Positions 37,163 to 48,704 of a stretch of DNA of 64,000 nucleotides are shown one piece after another. The notes beneath the pieces are model-generated. The model saw only the letters and a program-made list of their open reading frames with translations, ran no database searches and was not told the DNA's origin. The DNA is from Macrostomum hystrix (Eukaryota; Animalia; Platyhelminthes), in the NCBI GenBank assembly GCA_950097015.1, contig CATNEN010000038.1, positions 7,006,001 through 7,070,000 of the forward strand. Reading direction: 5' to 3'. Positions within the stretch are counted from its first letter, which is position 1; each line of letters starts with the position of its first letter. The position numbers and the translations under genes were made by a program.

Positions 37163-40100
37163 TCAACAGTTTGATCCGATAAGACGGATCTCCACCAGAC
37201 CCTGGTCGCTCCCGGTGTTTCCACCAGCGACTGTCACGCAGCCCAGACCCGTGCCGTCACAGAAGGAGCCGCCGCCACCGCCAGCATGCCAGGCGTACGT
37301 TCCGGCGCCGCCGCCACTGAAGCCGCCGCCGCCGCCGCTGCAGCCATTCGCACTACCGCCGCCACCGCCGCCACCGAAGCCGCCTACAGCGGCTGAATTC
37401 GTGTCACTGCCACGACCTCCGAGCCAGCCATCAATGCGGCTACCGCCTCGCTCACCCTGATTGGACGCCGACGTCGAGTTGGACGATCCGAGCCAGCCGG
37501 CTCCGGGGCCGCCTTTGTTAAGATAACTCTCGCTCCGACCAGGCTGACCGTTGTTGCCACCAAGTCCGATGTATGAGGCTGTCATGTAGGAAGCGGCACT
37601 AGAGCTCGAGTTGGATCCACTTCGGGAGGCTTGGCCGGGAATGCCTGTTTTATGAAACATTTATAAATTCTTTTTTTATTGTTAGGTGCTCTGTTTATCT
37701 GAAATCATACATATCTGATACAAGGACCACTAGTTGCCATTCCTTAGCTAGAAGTCTAGAAGTTTAAAAGCCCTTGATCTAAAATAAGTCCACCCCAAAA
37801 CCAAAAAACTCAGCTTATGGTCTGCTTTAAACTTTAGTAGGCTGCAGTTTGTTATTTCCTAATAAAAAAATTTGACGCATTCAACAAGTAAAATTTGAGT
37901 TAATGCACTACCAAGCTCAAGCTCTATTTTTGCAATCCATTAGTCTCGGAGCAGTCTGAGAATAAAGCACCTTTCAAAAAAAGAATGTAACTGAAAATGA
38001 TTTTTTGAAATGGTAAACAAAAATGTCTTCAATAGCTTTTCAGATGTATATCAAATTGTTCCTCAAGATAAGTAGATTTTACACGTCTAAGCTGCTCACC
38101 TTCAGTCTGGTAATTTGCTCCACCGCCGCCTCCAGCCGCCAGGTAAAGGTAGTAGTCTTCGCTGCGGTACACAAAAGATCCGCCGCCGCCGCCAGATCCC
38201 GCGCCAGGACTGCTGCTAGACGCGTCGCCGCCACGCTGTCCGACGACGATGCTCAGCAGAGTTCCCTCCGTCAGGCTAAAATTGCCGTGCGCCAAAGCCC
38301 CGGCACCGCCCCTGTAGACCGGCGGGCTGAGCGGGTAGGTCGATCCACCACGGGCTCCTCGAGCCTCCACGCTGTAGCAGCCGGTGGCAGGGACTCTCAT
38401 AGACATCACGGATCCCGCTTGTCCGATGCTGCTGTCTGCAATTCATTGATTTCGGTTAAGTATCAGGAAATTATTAAACGTTATTTCGCACGACTGCAAA
38501 TGTCATCATTCGAATTTTCATTATCAGGTGCGGATGATACAAAACAACTCGGCTGTTTCTTAACTGATTATGTATAACGCAATATTATTATTATTATTAT
38601 TGAAATGCGCACGCCGATTGGGTACTGATTTTTTGTTTATTTGATGTTGGTAACAACGCTGAAAGATTCGATCTAAAAAAGGCGGTAGAAAAACAGTAGC
38701 ATGTATAAAGATTGATTTTAGGTGAATAAAATATTTGAAATTAGTAAACAAAGGCCCATTAAAACAAAAAATAAATATTGAAATTTGAAGAGAAAATTGT
38801 GACTGCATGTGACTGAAATCACTTCGCTCCCGAAAAGACAATAGCTATTGTGTTTTTGCAAGTTACGATCAAATATAAGAAAACTCAAACTCTAACTATA
38901 ATCAAGCATTCTAACTATGGGCCTCAGAGCAGTGGCTTTTTTATCTAGCTTTAAGTATGCTTTCTAAGAAGTCCACAAAACTGTCTTAATTCTGTGCTTT
39001 CCTGTGTCATTAAATACACAATTTTGTCATCAGCTGTTAGCCTTTCAAAATTTTGAACAGTGCCTGCCACTTTCTCTAGGAATTTATTTCTAATTAGAAC
39101 ATAAACGGACCAATCGTATCTAAAGAGAATATGAATTTCGCTCTCTACCTCGACTCAACATTTTGGACATGTTCTGTTTTCATAGGCGATTTTCGGTCTT
39201 ACAGTGCGCAATGTCTCACAGGCCAGTTTGTAGTTTCCTAGACGAATCGGGACATTGTGCGCCTTTGTTCTGGGTTAGAGATTATTGTTAGGTACTTTTC
39301 ACTGGAGATATCTAGCTTTCATAAACGTGTAATAGAAGTGGCTGAGCTTGGCTGATTTTCCCATCCTCTGAGTCCAGTGGCTTCAGAACTCTGACTCAAA
39401 ATTCTTCCTGTGCGTTTTGATGGACTTTGTTTTTCTAGTTTGTTGACGATTCCGCATTACTTCGCGATTCATTACTTCCCTAATGCCAACATCGCTGTAT
39501 TCTGTATCTGCCACTATCGCGATGATGGAGCCTGCAGTCGGCTCCGAACTGAGGACCAGTATTGAAGGCTTCTTTTTTGAATACTATTTATAGTGGTAGT
39601 CTTCCTAATTCGGACCGAGCACCATTGCTGTCAGTGTTTGGACTAACTTGCAGAATCGACTTCCAGACTCTAAAATTAATTCTCTCTATAATTAGGTTCC
39701 GATCGCAAGTACCCAGTTTCCAGGAGACAAAGGCTCCCCAGGCCTCTGATGCATAGAGAACTATGCTTTCAATCATAGTTGTGCTAAACAAGATAAGCTG
39801 TTTGTGCTTTACTCTCCGAAATCCCGCCAACTTTCTCAGAAGCGTTATAGGATATCCACTAATTTTACCAAGTTCTATGGCATGAGTATCTATTGTTCCC
39901 TTCACGTTCAAATTACAAACGTTCATAAGCGTAGCTCACTGCTAAATCGAAGCTGAAGGTTCAGGCAGACTTGCTGCAGCCGGCTGTGCCAATTCAGGGC
40001 TCTCCAGAGCTGCAGGGCGCTGTCGGACAACGAGCTGAGCAGCCCGGAACTCGCACTGAACGTTGACAGAAGCGCAGAAGCGTCCGCTTCAGGCACAACT

Positions 40101-40883
40101 GGCTGCAGAGACACCAGCATGCAGGCTCCGTCAGCTGATCGAAAGCCGATGGCGAAGCAGTCCTGCCGCAGGGCGCACAGCAAGTGGCACTCAGCTGCGC
40201 TGCCCACAGCGACGGGGTTTCCGACCTTCGACACAGAGACATTGCACACTGAGGAGTTGTCGACGAAAAGTGACGTGGTTCGATGGAGCGCCACCGAATG
40301 CTGATCACTCGATATATCAGCGGCATGAACGCCTGAAATGCATTTTCAGGGTATTAAAAATATAGAAAAAATTGTTGTTAAAATTTGTTTTAATTAAAAT
40401 AACTTTAATTAAAATCGTGATGGTCCGTTTTGATGCAGAATTCAGCTGCATTAAGTATGCTTTAAGTATGCATTAAGTATGCTAAGCATGTAGCAGAGGT
40501 TGTAGCCTAGTGGTTAGGGCGTCGGACTCACGACTTGAAGGTCGGGGGTTCGATTCCCGACTCCACTGGAACAATTTGCGTCGTTTAGCAAGACACTTAA
40601 CTCTACATTGCTTCAGTTCACCCAGCTGTTAAATGGGTACCAGCATCAGGTGGGATAATTGAAGGTGGGTGTGGCGTCTCCCCAGTCCGTGGACTGAACA
40701 GCTGTACGCAGCCTTCAGATGCGCCGCGCATTAGCTGCGGCTGTGCTGTCGGCTGCACATCTGACCCAATTGGGGCAGGTGTAATCAATTATTATCATTA
40801 TTATTATTAAGTATGTACAATGATTTCAGAATGCAATGCTTACCAACTACCAGCACTTGTATGAGAAAAGAAACAAGAAGCAT
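37163..40883 (-). CDS. Secreted protein: signal peptide, PAN/Apple-like domain, ALK/LTK-like glycine-rich domain; exons 40883-40844, 40332-39940, 38435-38100, 37644-37163
   Basis: Signal MLLVSFLIQVLVVGVHA; PAN pattern SAAECHLLCALRQDCFAIGFRSADGACML; VPATGCYSVEARGARGG, LSIVVGQRG, GGGGGSFVY, LAAGGGGGA, GGFGGGGGG, GGGGGFSGG, GGGGGSF and GLVEI match the ALK/LTK Gly-rich domain. All three introns are phase 1. No TM helix or kinase. Confidence 0.85.
39090..39925 (-). mobile_element. Degenerate LINE ORF2 C-terminal fragment inside intron 2 of the Gly-rich gene
   Basis: IESIVLYASEAWG...IERINFRVWKSILQVSPNTDSNGARSELGRLPL is a post-RT motif of LINE ORF2; broken frames downstream. Confidence 0.7.
40495..40805 (+). 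mobile_element. tRNA-derived SINE, family A, copy 2 (intron 1 of the Gly-rich gene)
   Basis: Differs by only a few substitutions from 211-505; (ATT)n tail; TSD ATTAAGTATG. Confidence 0.9.
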
Positions 40884-43657
40884 TTTATTGTCTTGGAAGT
40901 TCGTGTTTAAACTCGTGAAGTTTAATTAACTTTCTAACTGCTCGGTGCTATGGAATTGCTAGAAGATATATTGACGCTTTGACGTGCGTCAAAGCAAACG
41001 ACCCTGAAGAAGTTGTAAAGAAAATGGCTGGTTGGTTTTATCTCCAAGCAATTCTGTCTGCTGTGTCTGGTCTGTGTTCTCTGCATCAGATAGCTATAGA
41101 AGCTCCATGATTGGCCCAAAGTTCATATGATACGATGGAATTTTTTTCTTTTTTGATTCAGCTTTGTCGAGTAACTATTTGTTGTACGCGAACATCTATA
41201 GTTAATGATCACTAGCTTTAATTTATTTGACTCAGACTTTTTTAAAAATTAATAAAATAGTATGAATTGAATCCTGAAATGCATAGTAGAGTCATTATAA
41301 CAAATAATGACCCTAATATGACTCCAAATGTTATAACGAATATTTTGCATCTTTCTTGTTTTAGCGCATGCTGCAGTAAGTCTAGTATCAATGCTTGCTT
41401 CTTGGATTTACTCGTATGTTTAATATTTAAGTGTCGGCTCGGTAGGCTAGCCTGCATGGGGATGGGTTTTGAATTTGCTTGACACTTCGGAAAGGCGCGG
41501 CGCTCGGCAACGACCATTCATCATCGCCATTCCCAAGCAGTCGCGGGCATGAATTATCTGGATTACCGGTAGGCATATCGGACTGTGATATCCTGTGTCA
41601 GGAAATTCCTTGACAAACGAAATCGTCGATACATGCTAAATATATTTACTATAATTAATTACGGATATATGATGCGCGTGCCAGCTGCCTGATGGTCCCA
41701 ACGGCCCCACCGCGGCACCAGCGTGATGCATTTTATATCTGAATCAGAGCTGAGGCGCCTGCAGCTGAATCTTATTAGATCTCGACCTCATTGACTGATG
41801 CGATACATCAACATCAATAATAATGTATTGTACGTCGAATGCATTCGACTTTGGTCCTGAGGGCTGCGCGTTACCAGACACGGTGAAGCAGAACCAGCCG
41901 CTCCCGTAGCTAGTCTGCACCGGAAATCAGTCGCAAATTATAAAAATGTAATTTGGAGCGCCAGAATTTGTTACGCCTTCACACAGTTTCTTAAGTCAGA
42001 GTAGCTATAATCTACGCTATCATATTGTACCATTTTGCAGATATACTCGTTATGCACTTCACGACACCGAGTCAAAAGCCGGACTTTTACTCGTTCGGCA
42101 GGTCACTGATCGTCCTAACTAGTTACTATCACTACCGACTGATGATGCTACGAACTGGATTCAGCTTTTTTATTTACAATATATTCGCGTATATATTTGT
42201 TTTCGAGCACAATAAAGCAGCTTTTTAAGGTTTTTTTATGCATGTGTTCTGTTTATTTGTGATGATTGTAATAGTGCATACGTGCAAGATTCAATTTTTG
42301 TATTGGTTCTACGTTGTAATCCTCTTTATATTTTTAATGTCGTAACCAAGTACCAATGTAATATAAATATATTTAAATGGTTATACAGTTGATTTTAGAT
42401 CTGAAAAAAACAAGTAAGCTACAGCTTTCACAATTGTATACAATGTAAGAAGGTGTATTTAAAAATGTTTAAGCTAGCAATTGTTTTTCTTTTTAGATTT
42501 ATTCTAGAAATTTAAATAGTTCTTAACTTAACCGGGAGGCTTGCTTGCTCTCGATGCTCTCTTAAATTTGTTTACTTTAGTTTAGCGCTTCTTTATCAGT
42601 AGGTGTAGCAAGCTCAGCAGGAAGTGTAGTTTTCTTAATATTATTTTTTTGACAAAAAACACGTGAAAATAGTAGGCCCTATATATAGATGTCTTATAAT
42701 TTATAATGCAATTTGCTATTGACTTTCTATGGAATACTCTGTCAACTCCAATTTTGATACTGTCATAGGCCCTACTCATGCCTGTGCTGCACTGGCACTG
42801 CCTTTGCCTTAGCAATTTTTTAATAAAAAACAAAGGCTAAAGCTAAAGCACTGTAAATTTTTGTTGTAGGGTAATGTATCATCAACTGAACAGTGTATCT
42901 TCAAAACCGAACAAGAATTTTGACTCCTTCCTTGGTCTCTTGCAAGACAGAAACAAGCTATTGTGTTTCGCAGAACAACTAATTTGAAAGTTGAAGAAAT
43001 TATCTACAAGCTGAGGCATGATGTGCAATGAAGCATTAAGAGGAAAGAAAGATATTGATGTTTCAGTAGAAATTTTTATTGCAAAAGCATACTTTTTAAC
43101 AAAAAATTTTCAGTACGCACTTTAGACAAAGATTGTATGTGGTTGCTTGCCAATTATATGACCATAAATGTAGTTATTTATAGAGCATGAAAAATGCTTT
43201 CAAATGACATAACTCATGATAGTTCAATCCTTAAAATAAGATTAAACCACTCACTCAAATTGTAAAACCAAACATCAAATTCTCTGTTTGGTTTGAAGAT
43301 ACATGAAAATCATTGTTCGGTTTTAGATAAAAAGCAGGAATAACTTTTTTCTATTTGACAAAATAGCAAAAGCGGATACTTTTTAGAAAGATGTAACTGT
43401 TTTCTATAACTTGGCTTTTGATTTATCATCATATCTTAAATAGAAAATCTGTAGCTTAGGTTTGAAGTTAAAAAATACACATTCTTGTTTGGGTGATGAT
43501 ACATTAGCCACTTTAGTAAAATATATTTTCTGGTAGGCTAGGCTATATTGCCTGAAATGGCTAAAAGCTTGTGAGTTGTGAGTGTGCTTAAGAAATGAGT
43601 CGGCGAAAGCTAACATTTAACATTTTGTCCAATTCGTTTTCAGTAACAAATACAAAC

Positions 43658-44885
43658 AGTCAGTGACATTTCGTTGACAGTCATTTCGGTGACAACTCAA
43701 GTCATTTCAGTGACATAATTAGTCAGATTGGTGATGTCCTAGGCCTCTGTCTATATTCAATATTAATCCTAACAATGCCACCAAAGTTGTTACCGGGCTA
43801 ATTGTAATCCTATTGCTGTTACCAAAGTTGTTATAGGCCTTTTATACTTTTGTCAATCTTATGAATGTCTTTAATTATTCGCTTTATCTCAATTCAAATT
43901 GGTAGCGTTTTTAGGTATTCAAATATGGTAGCGTTATGTATTCAATCTGGTAGCGTTTACAATATGGCCGGTATTTATCTCCTTTATTTGTTTACTTATA
44001 ACTTTTTCTATATCAGTCTTTATTCGTCTTTATCCGTTTTTATTACTCTTCAATTTACTCTTCAATTTCAGTATTAAATTCAATCTTTAATTCAGTCTTT
44101 AATTCAGTCTTTAATTCAGTCTTTAATTTCAATCTGCAGTCCGCTTCATAGGGCTTTCCAGTGGATCTAGAGTTACAACTTTTCACTTCACTCTATTTAC
44201 TTCTCTTTCGCAATGTCTCTTATTCTTCAAATAACTTTAACACGAACACTTCAAATTCAAGCTTTCTTTATTCTGAACGCACAAACGAACGTTGTTTTTC
44301 TTTCTTCTTTCTCTCGTGTATTTATAGTAAAAATTTCCTCGTCACTTCATTATAACCTTTTATTTTTCAGTGCAGTTAAACAATCGGTGCATTAAAACAA
44401 TTTTACGCAAAGTTAAACAAAATATTAAGTTTTCGCGGGAATTTGACTTCTAAGATATATACAATTGGTGCCCTATCTCAGTGACAACAATTTTTGCACC
44501 TAATTATACTAAAAAACTGCCTTCCATTTTAACTATGCTATGCACACTTATAAAGTATTAATTAAATAATGCTATAAGTATTAATAAGAAGCTGCATTGC
44601 TCTGATTAAGTCTGGGTTTTACTTTAAATGAGTTAAATTATTAAATTATTTAATGAGTAGTCAATAGTTTCAATAGTTATTCATTCCTAATTAAATGTGT
44701 ATAATATATAATCATTTTTCAAATTTTGGATTGACAAAGCAAGTGTAGGCTTTAAGCGGCTGCTGGATTATGGAAGTCTGTTTTCTCAGCATATTTAGGG
44801 GCAAAAATAGTTGTCACCAAACTGACCAATTCTGTCACCAAATGACTGTCAACAAAATGTCTTGTCACCAAAATGACCTGGGACC
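43658..44885. mobile_element. Non-autonomous DNA element (MITE-like) with internally repetitive imperfect TIRs
   Basis: GTCATTTCGGTGACA-type repeats at 43660-43735 are inverted relative to TGTCACCAAAATGAC-type repeats at 44810-44885. Direct repeat ATACAAAC at 43650-43657 and 44886-44893. Confidence 0.7.
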
Positions 44886-45647
44886 ATACAAACTATTTTC
44901 TTAACAGCTTATGATTATGTCTCTATGTTGGAATATGTTTGTATGTAGAGATGGAACATGCATTTGTTCAAAAAGTTTTTTAAATTGAAATTAAGATATA
45001 TATGCCAGTTTCACCAAAATCAAAATCATAGCATTAGGCCTATAAGCCTATTTATGTGTAATCTGTTAGACAAAATTAACTATTTGTTTGAGAACCTAGA
45101 ATCTTGGATATTGTATATTCCATTGCTCCCTGTGACAAATTGTCAAGCTCTATAGCATTAAACAGAAAGTCTGATAATATTTAGTAGGTGTACTTGTAAA
45201 TGTACTATTATTAATAAGCCTAGATGTATTACAATTCACCACCTACTTTTCCACAAACTGTATAAGCTAAGGATGACCAGCTGCAATTTTGACTATTGTA
45301 TTGTACCTATTAGCATTAAAATATTCTATTTTTAATCACCTACTAGTGCTACATAGTAGGTAAAATACAATATTTGTTAATGTAGCTGGTCTTCCTTGGC
45401 TTATACTCAATATGTGGAATAGCTAGAATACTGCCATAATCAGGATCATGCTATGTGTGCACCAGAAGACATCCCAAATTTTTTTCGGTGTGTGTGCTAG
45501 GTATGCCAGGCAAAATGCACAAAACTTCAACAGAAAATCATATTAATGACTTATTATTTTAATCCATGCAATGGATTAAATGCAATGCAAGTACTAAGAT
45601 AAATAAATATAGTAATGTATATGATGTATTGATGAGTTGATGTCACA

Positions 45648-46026
45648 GTACCTGGACACTTTGTCATCTTACAACTTTGTCATCCAGATGACGATCTGTC
45701 CAATATCTCAGAAGGTGGATGATGTTAAATGATTTCAAAGTTAAAACAGAACCACCCTTCCCACCCCTTCTCACATCGTGTTGGTACCTATCTTTTAACT
45801 CTTATAATGAAAGCAGTTTTGTCACCTTTTTGACAATTTAGTGTGAAGTGTGTTCAAACCTCTGCCCCACCACCCACCCTCACTTTATTGATGACGAACT
45901 TGATTGCTTTTTATTATTAGATGACAAACTGACTAAACTTTAAAGCATGCCAATTGGCTGGATGACAAAGTGTCCTACCTTCCAAGTGGATAACAAAGTT
46001 GTAAGATGACGAAGTGTCTATGATCC
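45648..46026. mobile_element. MITE, Mutator-like (9-bp TSD)
   Basis: TIRs of about 38 bp (GGACACTTTGTCATCTTACAACTTTGTCATCCA / TGGATAACAAAGTTGTAAGATGACGAAGTGTCTA). TSD GATGTCACA at 45639-45647 and 46027-46035. Confidence 0.85.
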
Positions 46027-46221
46027 GATGTCACAATTAGATTGGTCAATCAGAATATATTGCAAAATGTAAGTCGAAACATTTTGTGTAATTGCAAGTA
46101 AAGATTATAAATTAAAGATTTGAATATTTATGTTTTTAATTTCCAAAATAAAGAATAGAAAGAAGAAATAAAACACAATTTAGAGAATATTTTAAATGAA
46201 GCAATGGTTATCCATTGTCAC

Positions 46222-47378
46222 CTATTCCAACCAATTGCAGCTCAGTCCTGGGTTAGACTTGTAAGCTTATTCCAACCAATTGCAGCTCAGTCCTGGGTTA
46301 GACTTGTAAGCTTATTCCAACCAATTGCAGCTCAGTCCTGGGTTAGACTTGTAAGCTTATTCCAACCAATTGCAGCTCAGTCCTGGGTTAGACTTGTAAG
46401 CTTATTCCAACCAATTGCAGCTCAGTCCTGGGTTAGACTTGTAAGCTTATTCCAACCAATTGCAGCTCAGTCCTGGGTTAGACTTGTAAGCTTATTCCAA
46501 CCAATTGCAGCTCAGTCCTGGGTTAGACTTGTAAGCTTATTCCAACCAATTGCAGCTCAGTCCTGGGTTAGACTTGTAAGCTTATTCCAACCAATTGCAG
46601 CTCAGTCCTGGGTTAGACTTGTAAGCTTATTCCAACCAATTGCAGCTCAGTCCTGGGTTAGACTTGTAAGCTTATTCCAACCAATTGCAGCTCAGTCCTG
46701 GGTTAGACTTGTAAGCTTATTCCAACCAATTGCAGCTCAGTCCTGGGTTAGACTTGTAAGCTTATTCCAACCAATTGCAGCTCAGTCCTGGGTTAGACTT
46801 GTAAGCTTATTCCAACCAATTGCAGCTCAGTCCTGGGTTAGACTTGTAAGCTTATTCCAACCAATTGCAGCTCAGTCCTGGGTTAGACTTGTAAGCTTAT
46901 TCCAACCAATTGCAGCTCAGTCATGGGTTGGACTTGTAAGCTTATTCCAACCAATTGCAGCTCAGTCCTGGGTTAGACTTGTAAGCTTATTCCAACCAAT
47001 TGCAGCTCAGTCCTGGGTTAGACTTGTAAGCTTATTCCAACCAATCGCAGCTCAGTCCTGGGTTAGACTTGTAAGCTTATTCCAACCAATTGCAGCTCAG
47101 TCCTGGGTTAGACTTGTAAGCTTATTCCAACCAATTGCAGCTCAGTCCTGGGTTAGACTTGTAAGCTTATTCCAACCAATTGCAGCTCAGTCCTGGGTTA
47201 GACTTGTAAGCTTATTCCAACCAATTGCAGCTCAGTCCTGGGTTAGACTTGTAAGCTTATTCCAACCAATTGCAGCTCAGTCCTGGGTTAGACTTGTAAG
47301 CTTATTCCAACCAATTGCAGCTCAGTCCTGGGTTAGACTTGTAAGCTTATTCCAACCAATTGCAGCTCAGTCATGGGT
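46222..47378 (+). repeat. 45-bp tandem array (about 26 copies) whose last unit overlaps the RPL17 acceptor and start codon
   Basis: Unit GTAAGCTTATTCCAACCAATTGCAG|CTCAGTC[C/A]TGGGTTAGACTT. Confidence 0.97.
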
Positions 47379-48032
47379 CGGTACAGCGTCAAGCCTGAGA
47401 GCGCCGCCAAGTGCGCCAAGGCACGCGGCTCCTACCTGCGTGTGCACTTTAAGAACACACGCGAGACTGCCGGCGCTATTCGCGGCATGCCGCTGAAGAG
47501 GGCGCAGCGTTACCTGAAGAATGTCATCTCCAAGAAGGAGATTGTGCCCTTCAGGCGCTTCATGCGGGGCACTGGCAGGCACGCGCAGGCCAAAGTCTGG
47601 GGCGTGGCTACCAGCCGTTGGCCGAAGAAGTCCTGCGAGTTTCTGCTCCAGCTGCTGAAGAACTGTGAGAGCAACGCCGAGTTCAAGGGCCTAGACGCTG
47701 ACCACCTGGTTATCGATCACATTCAGGTTAGTTATTGAAGTCAGTTTTCTTGATAAGTCTTGATGCAGCCAGTTATTTAATGTGCCTTGGCTGGTTGAGA
47801 CTAATGAGTCGCGCATCTTGATTGGCAGGTGAATCGCGCACCGAAGATGCGTCGCCGCACCTACCGGGCCCACGGCCGCATCGGACCCTACATGTCATCG
47901 CCCTGCCACGTTGAGGTGATCCTGAACGAGCGCGAGCAGGTTGTGGCCCGAGCTGCCGACACAGAGGAGGCCACGGCTAAGAAGAAGGAGAGCAAGAAGA
48001 AGTTAAAGAAGGCGAAGCTGCGCGGAGAGTAG
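47373..48032 (+). CDS. RPL17: 60S ribosomal protein L17 (uL22); exons 47373-47726 and 47829-48032
   Basis: [17 protein letters not shown]...[16 protein letters not shown]...HIQ|[29 protein letters not shown]; AATAAA near 48096. Confidence 0.98.
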
Positions 48033-48309
48033 AGCGTAGAGCGACTGCTTGAGCAGTGCTGACCGACTTGCGTGTTTAAAAGGCTAAAAACTGCAAATAA
48101 AATTTAGCTATCTGGCCAGGCCGCTGCCTCTCAAAATGAGGCTCGGTTGCTATGCAGTCTTGGATATGTTCCGCCTTCCTATGTTTCTTATTTTGTTTAG
48201 TATCTCTGACCTAATGGCAATTTTATAGCTCCACCGAGCTAATTATAATTAACTATGCTGATGATTTTATGTGTTCCCTCAGCTTACAGTGTCATTTTTG
48301 CTGATCTCT

Positions 48310-48565
48310 AAGCTTGACATGTCATCTTTCTTGATTCCCTGGCTTGACACGTCATTTTTCCTGATCCCCAAGCTTGACACGTCATTTTACTGATCCCCAA
48401 GCTTGACATGTCATCTTTCTTGATCCCCTGGCTTGACACGTCATTTTACTGATCCCCAAGCTTGAAGTGTCATCTTTCTTGATCCCCTGGCTTGCCACGT
48501 CATCTTTCCTGATCTCCAAGCTTGACATGTCATTTTTCTTGATCCTCAGGCTTGACCTGTTATCT
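48310..48565. repeat. Degenerate minisatellite of about 30 bp (GCTTGACAYGTCATYTTTCYTGATCCCC..), intergenic
   Basis: About 8 copies. Confidence 0.85.
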
Positions 48566-48704
48566 TTCATAATCCTAAAGATTAATTTGTTTCTATTATA
48601 TTATCCATTTTTATCGTTAGATTGTTGTGACATGAGATGGCAACTGTTCAGAGTCAATCGATTTGCAGAGTCGGCGCCATTGCTAACAACAGCTTCTGTC
48701 CACA

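Noticed and set aside
41242-42150. Possible small minus-strand gene (hydrophobic 91-aa ORF, GC-richer patches at 41420-41930)
   Set aside because: I could not build a consistent phase-compatible exon chain or recognise a domain; left uncalled.
48255-48305. Box C/D snoRNA near RPL17 (TGATGA...CTGA)
   Set aside because: Only about 46 nt long, with no clear terminal stem or recognisable rRNA antisense element.
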